Assembly: GCF_964204865.1 (NCBI RefSeq)
Contig: NC_135257.1
Location: 16,182,001 to 16,246,000 of the forward strand
Origin: Styela clava
Taxonomy: Eukaryota
DNA length: 64,000 nt
Reading direction: 5' to 3'
Shown: one piece after another, positions 1-11,520 of the stretch
Layout: each line of letters opens with the position of its first letter
Position numbering within the stretch: position 1 is the stretch's first letter
Position numbers and translations under genes: made by a program
The notes under the pieces: generated by a model
Told to the model about the DNA's origin: nothing
Database searches by the model: none
Seen by the model: the letters and a program-made list of their open reading frames with translations, nothing else

Positions 1-17
1 AATAATATTTTTCACAG

Positions 18-406
18 TCAACCCTGGAGGTGGTGGTGGAGCCGGCGGCGGTGGGGGAGGAGGCGGAAAACGCGCTGGAGGAGGAGGAGCAGGTAAAGGA
101 GGAGGTGGTGGTGGTGCCGAGGACTACGGAGACCCAGGTTTTGGGGACTACGACGGCGATTACTACTACCCAGGAGGTGACGTTAAAGCGAAATCCTGTA
201 TTACACCTGAAGGCCAAGAAGGACTGGATGCATTTGCCTGGGTCAAGACGCCTGGTGAATCTGATGGTCGCATGTTTACTGCCGGTACCTTCCATCCGTG
301 TCTCTTGGGTCATATTATTGAATGCACTGATACTTGTCCCCAATATGTACCTAAATTAAGTGGAGAATTTCAAAGGAGCGATTCGTGTAAATGCATAGAC
401 GACTAA
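18..406 (+). CDS. Terminal exon of a glycoside hydrolase family 6 (cellulase-family) domain protein: tunicate GH6-1 or the C-terminal GH6 domain of cellulose synthase CesA. The upstream exons lie outside the window.
   Basis: Acceptor ttttcacAG ends at 17. The frame starting at 20 is open to TAA at 404-406: NPGGGGGAGGGGGGGGKRAGGGGAGKGGGGGGAEDYGDPGFGDYDGDYYYPGGDVKAKSCITPEGQEGLDAFAWVKTPGESDGRMFTAGTFHPCLLGHIIECTDTCPQYVPKLSGEFQRSDSCKCIDD*. LDAFAWVKTPGESDG (224-268) matches the GH6 C-terminal signature DA[F/Y]xWxKxPGESDG. Confidence 0.85.
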
Positions 407-714
407 TTAGATCCGAAATTTTAACGGGCGATAAATACAATTTTTAAATTAAAATTGAAGTTTTAATTCGAGTCAATTATATATTATAATTTATCTTTTC
501 GAAATCTTTTTAAGTGATGAAGTGCTTTCCATTACGTGGATATTCCTTTTATTGCATATAAATATCGTGTGCCTACAAGTTTTTGTGATGCTCTTGTGTA
601 TTTTGCAAAGGGATCGTTAAGTGATGGTTTTCAATAACTTGAGAAAAGCGCCTTTATGTTGAACATTTTACTCGTTTTCATAACATTGAGGATATTGAGT
701 CATTCCAATTTGGG

Positions 715-920
715 ACGCTCCAGAAGTGTGGGTACAAATATAGAGGTAACTAATTTTGATCACCTACTTCAAATCAAGTTGTGTAAAGTGACTGACGCTT
801 ATGGGCAGGGGTTCACTTGGCTAGCACAGGCAGTCCCCGAACTCGTAATAGAACTAAAATAGGGAAAAACGGAATTAAATTATGGCCTAACTCTAACCTG
901 GTATACACACTACTTGAATA
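715..920. repeat. Degenerate copy of the foldback/MITE-like family carrying a cctaaccctaacc motif
   Basis: Shares gtccccgaactcgtaatagaact...aaattatggcctaactctaacctggtatacac with the copies at about 8050-8140 and 26125-26200. Confidence 0.65.
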
Positions 921-1238
921 CCCAATTCGGTGCACTAAAGATCCATTTTCTCTCCTTTAATTAATATATAGCCTGCTAATGTTTGCAAACTAATCGCACA
1001 GTAAAAATCAAAATGTATACATCTGTCCAAACAACATATATATTTACGCCAGGAAATCCTGGATAATAATTCCAGACGCAGGAATTCCGTAGCCATAAAC
1101 GCCAGAACAAATCAGTTACGTTATTGGTATCTCGGCATTCGTAATTTGGCATGCACCATATCGTTGACAAAGAATGCCAATTTGACCAAGATTGCTAGAG
1201 TTTGATCCTATCAGTAAGGTACATCTCATACTTTATAC

Positions 1239-2183
1239 CAGGGTGGTCCAAACTGCGACCCACGGGCCGCATGCGACCCGCCGACACATTTCCGCGCGGC
1301 CCGCAAAGCAATTTTGGCATATATATACTACTAAACCATTGGCAGATATTTGTAATTATTAGCAAATTTATTTTGATTTCTTTTTAAACTATTTCAACTG
1401 GGAATAGTCCTTTTCCTAATAGGATTGATGTTTGTTAAAATCACAGAATTTCATTGTTGTATCTATAAACGTCAAGACGGTGCCTATATGGGAATGACGT
1501 CCTGTGATCGGTAAAATGAGAATGACTTGTCTTGTGCAGATGGAACCAAGCCGATGAGATGAGCTCGCGCCAAATAACTCCTCATTTGAAAAAACCCTCT
1601 ATTTTCAAGCGTTGGCCATGTGACAGCAGTAACGAACCGCAGAGCTGACTTAGCGCCGCGCGATCCAGTTTTTTTTTTCATCTCGTCTGAGGTCCCAACT
1701 TAGACGGACTTGGCTGTTTTTTGAACGTAGCACTAGGCCTGCTCACGCTACAAGTAATAAATTTTTACAAATATAACAATTCATCATGCAACGGGTGTAA
1801 AAAAGGGTGACCGTAGTAAACTGAGAGGAAACGTATTTCCTCACCCACTACAACGTTAAACCACAGTGTCTGGTGTGTTTCAAGTAATATCCGTCACGAA
1901 AGAATATCATTTTGAGCGAAAGTACAAAACCAAACACGAGAAAATATACCGAAAATACCACGGTATTTCTCGAAAACCAATTTTAAAATATCTAAGCCTG
2001 CTAAGGCTTTATATATCTCCCTTAAAAAACTGATTAGAACGGTAAACTCTCATTCTTGAATATATATTCAAAGTAAGTAAACTTGTTATGTTTTGATCAC
2101 TTCTGGGTTTTCTCCGACTGCGGCCGCGAGACCTTCTCAAAAGTTTTTGCGGCCTTTCAACCTCGCAACCTTGGACCACCCTG
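1239..2183 (+). mobile_element. Internally deleted hAT DNA transposon (Buster/Charlie/SPIN-like) with a transposase N-terminal remnant
   Basis: TIRs cagggtggtccaa (from 1239) and ttggaccaccctg (to 2183), with GC-rich ggcccgc subterminal motifs. About 1825-1996 translates, with one frameshift, to EETYFLTHYNVKPQCLVC/QVISVTKEYHFERKYKTKH, resembling the zinc-finger region of GTF2IRD2/Buster-type transposases. No TSD is preserved. Confidence 0.8.
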
Positions 2184-2606
2184 GGACAGTAGTTCCCATA
2201 TACACTCAAAACAAGGCCCCAGAAAAGTCAGATTTTATAGGAACAAAATTCGTGTAGGAGTTTCACAGATATATATATATACTAATATAGACTAATTTAT
2301 CACACCCCAGATAAAACATTGGGGCATGAATATCAAACGCCAATTCCGACCGAATGTGGTTTTCCGTTAGGTTCTCGCCTAAACTACTCGTCGATATTTT
2401 AATTTTGCAGAACTTGATGCTGAATTCAGCGCGCCCCATTACAATATCTGACAAATATCCAAGTACTGGGAGGCGCTTGTACACAAACAAAATCGCTATA
2501 TTCGTTGTATAAATATTATGAATTTCCAAATGTGAAAAAGAAAGTTGATTGCGAACATTCGAAAGCAATACTGCTCTATATATATATAAAGATAGGTATT
2601 TCCGTA

Positions 2607-5600
2607 TTAGAGATCAGTCGCAACTATACCAAATTCCTCAAGTTTGTAAGTATTTTTTAATATTTCTTGTTCGTCCGGGCCGTGCGTATCCTTGTCTATT
2701 ACTGGCTTGCGGGGACTAGTTTGTCTTTGATCATCGGTTATGTTTGGCACAGGGCGGCACAATTTCTCAAAATCGAGTTTTTCTATAGACGCCACGAATG
2801 ATTCCGGTGTCATGCCTATTTCAGCAAAAATACTCGAGTGCAGTTTGCTGCTAAAGTCTGCCGGCAGTGACCCGTAACCGAATTGCCACCTTTCCCGCCT
2901 TTCGTGACTCGTTGTTCCAGTACGACGACGGGTATGTGCATTCTGTCCATCGCGTCTGGCACGTGTTCTCGGTGGTTTGGTTCGCGATTTCTTCATATTA
3001 GTTTTCTCATTGTGCGAAATTGAAATATCGAAATCTTGAGAAGAACCTGGTTGGTAGGATTTCGGTCTTCCTGGTTTTACGTATATTGGCACTTCCATGA
3101 TAGTTTCGCTTCTTACGAGCCCACTTGCTTTTATAGGTTGTGGATTTATAGGGGCTTTTTGATGCAACTCAGTTTGATCTATGTTTACCGTGTTGGCATC
3201 TCTAGTAACTTTATCTAGCTTACTTTGACTCCGTATAGCGTCATGGGGAAGAGAATGTTTTTGGCTGCTATTCCTATTCAAGTTGCTAAAAGATTTCTTG
3301 GCTATAAACAAATGCGCATCACTTGCACTACGTTTCTTTTTTGATCGAGGTGGTGGGATCGGCATGCTGGTAATTGCCTGGCTTTTGCCTTTCTCTGGTA
3401 ACGTTGCTGTGCAGCTGAGACTTCTGGTTATAGGTTTACGTAAGTTTTTAGATTTTATACTCGGGATGGATGCCGTAGCATATTTGGTTTTATGATTAGA
3501 ACTTCCTCTTGTTGCTGCTTTCGTTTGATGCTTGCGACGACGTCGTTTCTTTTCCGCCATTTTCCTACTCGAATATCTTCCACCTGTCGGTCTTCGTGAC
3601 ATAATGTTCTGATGATGCTGATAATCTGACGACCCTTCCATGTCTGAAACATAATCGGAGGTTATACTTGGCTTGCTTATCACTTTTGCCGTTCTCCTAT
3701 AATCACTAGTATTGCTTCTTGTTCTTGAACGAAAACTATCCATCATGTTTTCATCCTGTGGAATATTCCGCCACTTTGATAGTCTCATATGTTCAACGTA
3801 GTAATAATCCGGTGGTGGACGCGTGTTAATTTCTGGCACACTCAAGTTATGTGCATTTCTTAAATTTTCTTCATCAGAGTATTTCCGATTGTTGTTATAA
3901 ATTCCGTTATTCCCTTCAAATGCTTGATTCGTCCGACCCTGGTTATTCTTATTTCTTCGAATGTCATCAAACTCGTTTACAAATCCGGTTGGAGGAGCTT
4001 GCACTACTGGAGGAAATTTAGTTACTGGTTCATTATTCATGCCAGGCGACGAACTGTACCCAGATTCGGTATCCCCACAACACTTATCTCTCCACCAATC
4101 AACGGTTAATCTCTTTCTCAGCCTGTAATAAACAAATATATATAATATATATAACCTGAATACCACAACAAAGTTTTTATTAACGTTAGAAAAATAAAGC
4201 AAATTTGCTCCCATTCAATCAACGATGTGTTACACTTGATGATAAATGCCTGTTTAGTGGTTACCCCTACTTAAAGTGGGGCTTTGCTAAAAATCGACTT
4301 GTAACCAGTAATGCACAAATAGCGGTCCTAAATTAGTAAGACAGTCTTAACTAGGAATAGATATATCTATGCCATATATCTATCGCTATTAAGACTGTCA
4401 GTGGTGGGATTCAGCCGTTCGCACCGGTTCTATAGAAACGTCTCACGGAATTTCATGAGATCAGCGAACCGCTTAGCATTACTGGTTAATGTCAATGACT
4501 TTTTGTAACAGACCCGGGTGAAAAATATGACTTTTGTGATGGAACCGTCTGACTAAAAAATTGAATCCCACCACTGAAGACTGTATATTATATGGCATCA
4601 ACCGCAATTTGGATGGTTTCAGGCTCTACATTACATTGTCGTACGACAAGAAATGAAAAATGCTTACCATGAAAATATCCCAAATACAATAGTTGAAACG
4701 AGGCATACTGATACAATTGAACTTGTCACTGACTGCGATGAACTTCCAATGTCTGTAAAAGTTGAATAATATTTTTAAGCAAAAAACATTTGGTGACAAA
4801 TTCCAACAGTTTTTCATGACAGTTGATCCCGATAAACATGCTTCCAAAATCATACAAGTTTTAACACGATACATTAATTCAAATTTTTACCTGAATTAAA
4901 TTGATTATCTGTGTCTTCCAGATATCCTATACGCCAACTCCGCTAACATTTTATGTGTAGGCTATATATATTTACTGCACCATGTGGTGCAAACGTATAC
5001 CATCGGCATAAAAAGATTCTATATTAAAATCTCTGCATTTTTAGTTATTAAGTCATATTACTAAAGTTGTCTTAAGTTATATCCAAGTTAACTCGAAAAT
5101 ATCTGCTGATCACACATTTTTATTTTTTCCAAAACACGCTTAAGGGTGAAGTGAACATAACTTACTGCCGTAAAGGTATTTTTTCTTTAAATGGATAAAT
5201 AAATTGTCATTTTTACTTACCAACATTTGTCATCATATCCAATTTTCTGCGTTGATTATTGCTTAAATGTGCTATATTTATCCACAGGTATCGTAGTATA
5301 CTTGCAATTTTCTAAGCAGAATCAAGTTACCTTACGTACAAACGCAGCAATCAATGTGTTGTCATACACAATTTGAGCCTTCGTACGGACTTAACGAAAA
5401 CAAAACGAGCTAATACGCTGCTATTGTTGTACTTTCTTTGTCCGTTGGTAACTGAGGACGTCCCATCAAGTATCGTATGCCGCGTCAGAATTAAGACATT
5501 GTACTCGACTAATTTATTCACAATACAAGCTTTCGTGAACCCTCGTCACTATAGATCAACCTTTTGTAAATACAAAGGTGGGGACATCTGTTATGTGATA

Positions 5601-6117
5601 TATATATTATTTAATGTTTCATACACAGAGTGTATTGAGCCGTTATAATCTACACTTTTAATATCGAGCGAGCTACTAAATCCAGGTGATCCCATATAAT
5701 ATGTCAAATATGAAGCAATGTTATTTTTCCAACTCGTCATAAGTACTTTTCAAGTATGGATTTCGTGGCGATAGAAGCACTCGCTACAGAAGCCAACTGT
5801 CCCCAAGCTTTCGTTGTAGCTGATAAGTGACGAAATCAAGTGAAGAGCTATGTAAATTGCGTTCAAGTGTCTCGATGAGGACGTGTTTGGATTATAACCC
5901 ACGTAGCCATAAATATTTCTTCATTAATTTGAACGTACGTGGAGAGATTTACATACGGTGTTATTCCACCAGTACATTTCAAAATTATCCACAGTGCTGT
6001 TCGCCAAAATAAGCTCACACCCTTCTTACGAAGAAGCATTGCGACGCAATAATGAAATGAATACCTTCTGATTTGTGATTCATTGATGCTCAGCGCCATT
6101 TCATTCAAACGGGGCAT
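2607..6117 (-). CDS. Uncharacterised single-pass membrane protein with a long basic, Ser/Arg-rich, probably disordered C-terminal tail (~596 aa as modelled)
   Basis: Phase-compatible GT-AG exons 6117-6019 (MPRLNE..RKKG), 5311-5221 (KIASIL..MTNV), 4752-4668 (IGSSSQSVTSSIVSVCLVSTIVFGIFS) and 4122-2607 (W-LRKRLTVDWWRDKCCG...ATDL*). A hydrophobic segment is followed by LRKR. The last exon is a ~505-codon open frame. More 5' exons are possible because the ATG directly follows a cag. Confidence 0.7.
4399..4576. mobile_element. 178-bp hAT-type MITE in an intron
   Basis: 15-bp TIRs cagtggtgggattca / tgaatcccaccactg and a perfect 8-bp target-site duplication aagactgt (4391-4398 and 4577-4584). Confidence 0.92.
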
Positions 6118-6450
6118 CTGATAATGTTTTATGAATACTGTGCAGAGCACGTGGCTTTTTGCTTGTACAAATTTTTAAACGACCCAAAATACTTTGCACA
6201 ATCAATATTTTCAACACAATCATGTTTACCAGGGTGGAAATCTGGGTTTCAAGCATTTGTTAATTATATACTCTTATATTTATATCAAATTCAGAAAAAT
6301 TTCATGTTTGCATATGTGCGCAATATGTCAGTATCAATATATATAGTATGTGAGGCGTGAGCTATATGCTTGTTTCTGGCTTTGCTTGATATTTGGGATC
6401 ACATGGCATTGTTTATACCCGACTTCCGGTTGGTTTGGTTTATAATATGT

Positions 6451-7281
6451 ATATCGTCACGCTAATAACCGAATTGCGTAAGTTATTTTTGGCGATTTTG
6501 AGTTTTTTATAAAATAGGTATTTATGTAATGCTGCGCACCTGTTTGTTAACTCAGATTTTATTTTAGGAATTCCGAAACCCATAAAAATGGAGATTTAGT
6601 ATGACATGCACATTTGTGCAATTGTTTCGTCATAATGAATTATCAGTGTTACCGCGGGACTATTGTGACGTCACAAAGGCAAAATAACCTCGGCGAAGTA
6701 TTTTCAAGTTTTTGCATCTCGGATTCTAGCTTACCGCGTATTAATTTGAATTTTTACTACATTATAGGAAGACGTGCACTTGTGATATTCACTGTCCGAG
6801 TCCAATTTACCTTGGTTGGCTTTTATATTGGGTGCATTGCTGTTTTATTCTTTATATTTAATCTTAGTCTTATTTCGGTGAGTGTGCAGAACGTGTTATA
6901 TTGATGAAATATATATTTTTAAACATAAAAAATAATGTAATTGAAACTGATTAGCTATTTTGGGGATTAGACATTGTAGATACTGAGAATTACATTCGTT
7001 TTTGGAATGTTTGGTTTTCAGGACTGGTGCATATAGTGAAGTTGCAAAATTGCGTATGTCCCCAAGTCATAGACACATTTCTGCCTAAGTGACAGTGCGC
7101 CATTATGACGTCACTTAAAATGCGTCATACAAATTAACTTAAATCCGGCTACGATCAAAAAATTGAACCATGGCAAATTATTGACTCTCAATTGCATAAC
7201 AAAATCATTAGGAAGTTTTTTACGTTTTTCTCAAAACTGCTAAAAATGACTTACGCAATTCGGTTATTAGCGTGACGATAT
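6451..7281. mobile_element. ~830-bp non-autonomous TIR DNA element, copy 1
   Basis: ~39-bp TIRs atatcgtcacgctaataaccgaattgcgtaagttatttt / aaaatgacttacgcaattcggttattagcgtgacgatat. A near-identical second copy lies at 50088-50919. Confidence 0.9.
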
Positions 7282-7965
7282 GTAAGTTTTGTGTAGATAA
7301 CAATTCACAATGGCATGTGGATCACAAACTACACGGCACTTAAATATTGTTGCAATAGCATTTCTACGTTTTTAATAAGCAGAACAACGAGACGATGTGT
7401 TGATTTGATTAACAATTTTCTTAGTGCGAAACATTTTCAATTTTTCGTATCAATCGCTAATGTTTACTCAGACCTTCTGAATAAACGGTTTTGAGAAAAC
7501 AAAATTGTACATTTCTCAATAATCTTCAATTGCATCTTCGCAATGTTATCGTATTGGAAAAGAACGTTACAGCCAGATAGCACTATGCATCATCCATAGA
7601 TAGGTAATATTCACAACTGATCCATTTGCAATATTTGCTGCAATCCAGCCTTTATTTGTTTTTAATACACGCAACTTCGCTACAAATTTCTCGCCAATGT
7701 ACAACATCCATTCAGAAAGTATGGTAAGAAACTTATGGAGTGTGAAATGAAAATATTTTATATATATATCTTTCCGATCACACGTGCAAGAAAGGTGGAA
7801 AACAACAACGGTCTTCTCTTCTATAAACGTTTAAAAAAGGATATTATAGCTGAAATATATTGTTTAATTTCCTGTTAAGAGAAATAGTCATAGAGCATTG
7901 GCAAATATCATTGGTGCTTTGACCTTTGGGAGTAAAACTACTTCAATTCCTGATACTGATTACTT

Positions 7966-8141
7966 GGCGCTCCAGAAGTATATGTACTAATATGGAGATA
8001 ACTAATTTTGGAAGGGAACCTGTAGGCAGGGCTAGCTTGGTTAACACAGACAGTCCCTGAACTCGTAATAGAACTGAAATAAAGAAATTGGAATAAAATT
8101 TTGGCCTAACCCTAACCTGGTACACATTCTACGGGAGTACC
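7966..8141. repeat. Foldback/MITE-like family copy (cctaaccctaacc motif)
   Basis: gcgctccagaagtat...gtccctgaactcgtaatagaact...ggcctaaccctaacctggtacacattctacgggagtacc, homologous to 715-920 and 26054-26243. Confidence 0.7.
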
Positions 8142-8381
8142 GATTACTTAGCTCACACGTTATAATCCATTAAAATCTTCCATTAGCATTACTCCACTTG
8201 GACAACGGAGGCTTCGATTGTACGAGGCTTTGACTTAAACTATAATCCATTTTGTTTTAACCGTGTGACAGAAGCATCTGTTTTTCAAACTCCGGTTACT
8301 TGTTTGTCGCCTTTAGTTTTGCTTTTTTGAGTGTATACACCCAACTCACGGGGCCTAAACGGCATGGCATATATATGTTAC

Positions 8382-8503
8382 GATAGGATAGGATTTACAT
8401 ATTTATCCCCGGGAGAGGAAAGCCGATAAGACGACTTAATCATATGGCGAACCACGGCCTCTCGTCCGGTTATCATTCCATGTTGGGCATGGGATTAGTT
8501 AGT
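8382..8503 (-). mobile_element. 3' fragment of the tRNA-derived SINE, with an (ATCCT)n tail
   Basis: gataggataggatttacatatttatccccggggagaggaaagccgataagacg...gggattagtt is nearly identical to 54547-54668 and similar to 47429-47565. Confidence 0.8.
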
Positions 8504-8504
8504 T

Positions 8505-8606
8505 GACTCTCGTAGTATTTGTACCTGAAATTATGGCCTAATGCTAACCTGGTACACATCTACGTTCCAGTGTCCGCCATCTTGGTTCACACACTTCGGG
8601 AGTACC
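8505..8606. repeat. One arm of the foldback/MITE-like cctaaccctaacc family
   Basis: cgtagtatttgtacctgaaatta is the reverse complement of 26090-26112. It is followed by ...gtgtccgccatcttggttcacacacttcgggagtacc, matching 26207-26243. Confidence 0.75.
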
Positions 8607-10007
8607 TTATCAAATACCTACGGAGTTTGTCACTATTATTAAACCAGCTACATGTTGAGGATCAGGTTTGCTCATACATTTACAATTCAGGCAAAAAGAG
8701 ATATTTGAAATATTGCACTGGGATTCAGCGAGTCTCTGAAATGTTCATTGCTTGATCACAAAGGTGTGTCATGGGGATATTAATAATCATCTGGGCACTA
8801 CGCTTGTAGATCAGCGTAGAATACAACCGGACCCTCCTTTTCTGGGTGCTTCCGTAGTATGTGCCCCAAGATGGCGCTCAGTGTTTCGAGAAAACAAAGC
8901 AAAATATATGCAGAGTAATCACTAGCGACTGCAATATTAAATTAGCTATTTACGTTTAATCTGTGAAACAATTGAAAATTATGTGGAAATAACTTTAAAT
9001 ATTCCTATTAAAATTAACCTTTTAAATCATAATATGTAAACTGGCAATAAATGAACAGAAAGACGTACAACTTGAATTTTTATTTTGACATTCATGCTGT
9101 GAACATGGAAGTAAATGTAATAGACGTGAACAAGCTCTGTAATTATCAGACGACGTTAATAATGACGATGTGCGCTAATAACATTATTAGTTAATAACAA
9201 TTAATAAAAAAGCAGGCAACAAAATTATAGCAGCTAATTCTCATTCAAAGCGCCCGGTAGGATATGCACAAAATAACGAAATGAAGATTTATTCCGACTA
9301 TTTACCCAACATCCGCACATGTAGACTGAGAAATAGAAAGACAGGCGAAACGTTGCGTAGAATTTAAAAAAAAAACAATTATTAGTGTACGTTGCCAAGC
9401 AAAAATCGTTTTCAACATTCTTTCAGTGCTCACATTCAGAAAACGTGGAAATACCAAAACATATAAAGCACACAAAAACTATCATAAACGCTATCCCAAT
9501 GTAGCCAAAATATTTGGAATGAACAACAGGGGGAACAACAAATTAGTATTCCACTGAATGCTTTTTGGTAAATATTTTATATTCAGTTAAAAGAAGATTT
9601 TTCTGATAGGCTAAATGATTTTTATCCAATACCGCTACTTGTGGCTAATGTAATGTTTCAAACATGATTGTTCAGGATTGAGGGCTGTTGAAGTCACGGA
9701 TCCGCGCAAGCTGTCACCGTACAGTTGAAGACGAACGTGAATAGATGTAAAACGAACGATGCCAATTATGTTATTTTAGGAAGATGTTTCATGAGTCTAC
9801 CTACACACTAACACAATTTAATGTAAAAAAATTCTGCGACATCTTATCAAAATCAGACATGCTCGAACAAACAGCCATCTTCGCATCAGACAAGCCTTTT
9901 GGGCGGATCACATATATGGGACAGATTGGCAAAACAGAAGGATTTTAGATAACGAAACGCACTGCAGGAAAATGCTATTCCCCGAATTGTTACCGATCCA
10001 ATATAAT

Positions 10008-10924
10008 GAGGGGTCACCAAACTTTTGTGTGACTGCGGGCCAGTTATGACTCAAACGGGCCGGACAAATATTTTTGTGAATGTAATACAATAAATTCCCA
10101 AAAGTTGGGAAACCCATCCAATTTATTCAACAATATAAATTCTACATTTCTGAAGTCTTGAATAGTAAATTCTATATTGCAAAATATAGATCAATAACAT
10201 CATAGCAAAACAAATATACAAGACTTCTAGACAACTATCCTGAGGTTAGCTGTTAGCAACACAATTGCTGTCATGAATATCCGCATGTAAGCAGTATAAA
10301 AGTTAGGGTGACCTATTAGCGCAAAATGCACTATTAGCGTACTATTACTAACGTACTATTAGCGCAAAATGCACGTTTGACGTTCATTTTTGCACGAGAA
10401 ACGTACACAGCAACCAATGTCATTGCAGCAACAGACTCGCCGAAAGCACGCGCCACGAGTGCTTCCTTTGCAGAAAACGTTGCGTACCGATAGAGAATTT
10501 TAGCCTGTTTTATCACAGTTATTTCTAGACAATTTTTGATTACTGCAATTGAACAATAACTCCTAAGAAGGCAAAATGATGATTGACATCTTTGATTCAT
10601 ACCTAAATTCCGGAATCACGACCAAAAACTAACGAATAGCATTCAAAATCGCAAAAACGAGGTATTGTTTGAAACCACGACTGAAAATCTGTCAAGTGCC
10701 AAAAGAGTCTGAACTCCATGCTTGCCAGACTGGCACTAGGCATGTCCGCCTGTTTAGATAGCAAGGCCTGCCCGCATGTTTGTCGTCAGTTGGAAAACAA
10801 ATTTACAACCCAGAAGCGCCGAAGCACGGCGGAAAAAGTCATGCAACCAATTTGGTCGCAATTTCGATCCCTGTCCCACGGAACACTCCAAAAAAGCTGG
10901 CGGAACACAGTTTGAGAAACGCTG
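10008..10924. mobile_element. Probable decayed hAT-type element(s)
   Basis: hAT-like ends gaggggtcaccaaactttt...gcgggccag and cggaacacagtttgagaaacgctg. An internal short direct repeat ctattagcgcaaaatgcac occurs twice (~10313-10373). The ends are imperfectly matched and there is no TSD. Confidence 0.4.
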
Positions 10925-11191
10925 GTCTAGTCTATCGCAGCTCATTCGGGACTAATTTTTGATTTACTGCAATTAAACTAAGGCTTCTGAGACGACATAA
11001 TGACGATTAAATTATTTGATTTACGATTTTAGAAACACAACTGGAAACTGACAAATACCACGCAGAATCGCGAAAACCACCCATGTTTGCTAGTTGCAGC
11101 CATGCTTGAATATCTGTTTGCGACTGCATAAGTTACCGTTGGTACGTCATCGTCTACTTATTGTTGATTGGACCTTGTCGGTATTGAATCA

Positions 11192-11520
11192 TTACTTATC
11201 GATCTTAAGATCGGCAAGTATGTTGATAGGTATTTGTCTGTCTGTTAGATGCACGCGATATCTCACGAAAGCGAGGTTGAATCTGCTCCAAATTTTGCAT
11301 GTGCATTCATCATATCCAGAACCAGAAACCTATCGATTTTGGATGATTTATGTCGTATAATTAGCGAGTTATTATTTAATTAGTAATGGGACACGCTGTG
11401 TCACTATAGAGTCATCAATCGAAACCGCATTTTGGATCGGGATATTCTCGTATTCATAAATATATTTGTCAATAGGACAAAACATGAGGCATAGTCACGC
11501 CTTACCGATTCGGTAAGTTT
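11192..11520. mobile_element. Possible Helentron-associated (DINE-1/HINE-like) non-autonomous element
   Basis: A terminal hairpin ttacttatcgatcttaagatcggcaagta, a short (TGTC)n tract followed by cgatatctca...aaattttgcatg, and a second hairpin cttaccgattcggtaag. This layout resembles HINEs. Only one copy is seen in the window. Confidence 0.45.

Noticed and set aside
30-359. 109-aa Glu/Val-rich ORF in the ORF track
   Set aside because: It is a shadow frame of the Gly-rich GH6 exon. The overlapping frame has a splice acceptor and a recognisable family motif.
18-406. Bacterial contamination as the source of the GH6 motif
   Set aside because: The motif follows a canonical pyrimidine-rich AG acceptor and is contiguous with AT-rich animal sequence and chordate genes.
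4123-4214. N-terminus MGANLLYF... of the 535-aa ORF
   Set aside because: This is AT-rich intron read-through. A good acceptor at 4125-4123 joins in phase to the upstream TM exon.
6614-6904. Hydrophobic ORF duplicated at 50342-50542, suggesting a small membrane-protein gene pair
   Set aside because: Both lie inside the two copies of the same TIR element, have non-ATG starts and differ in frame length.
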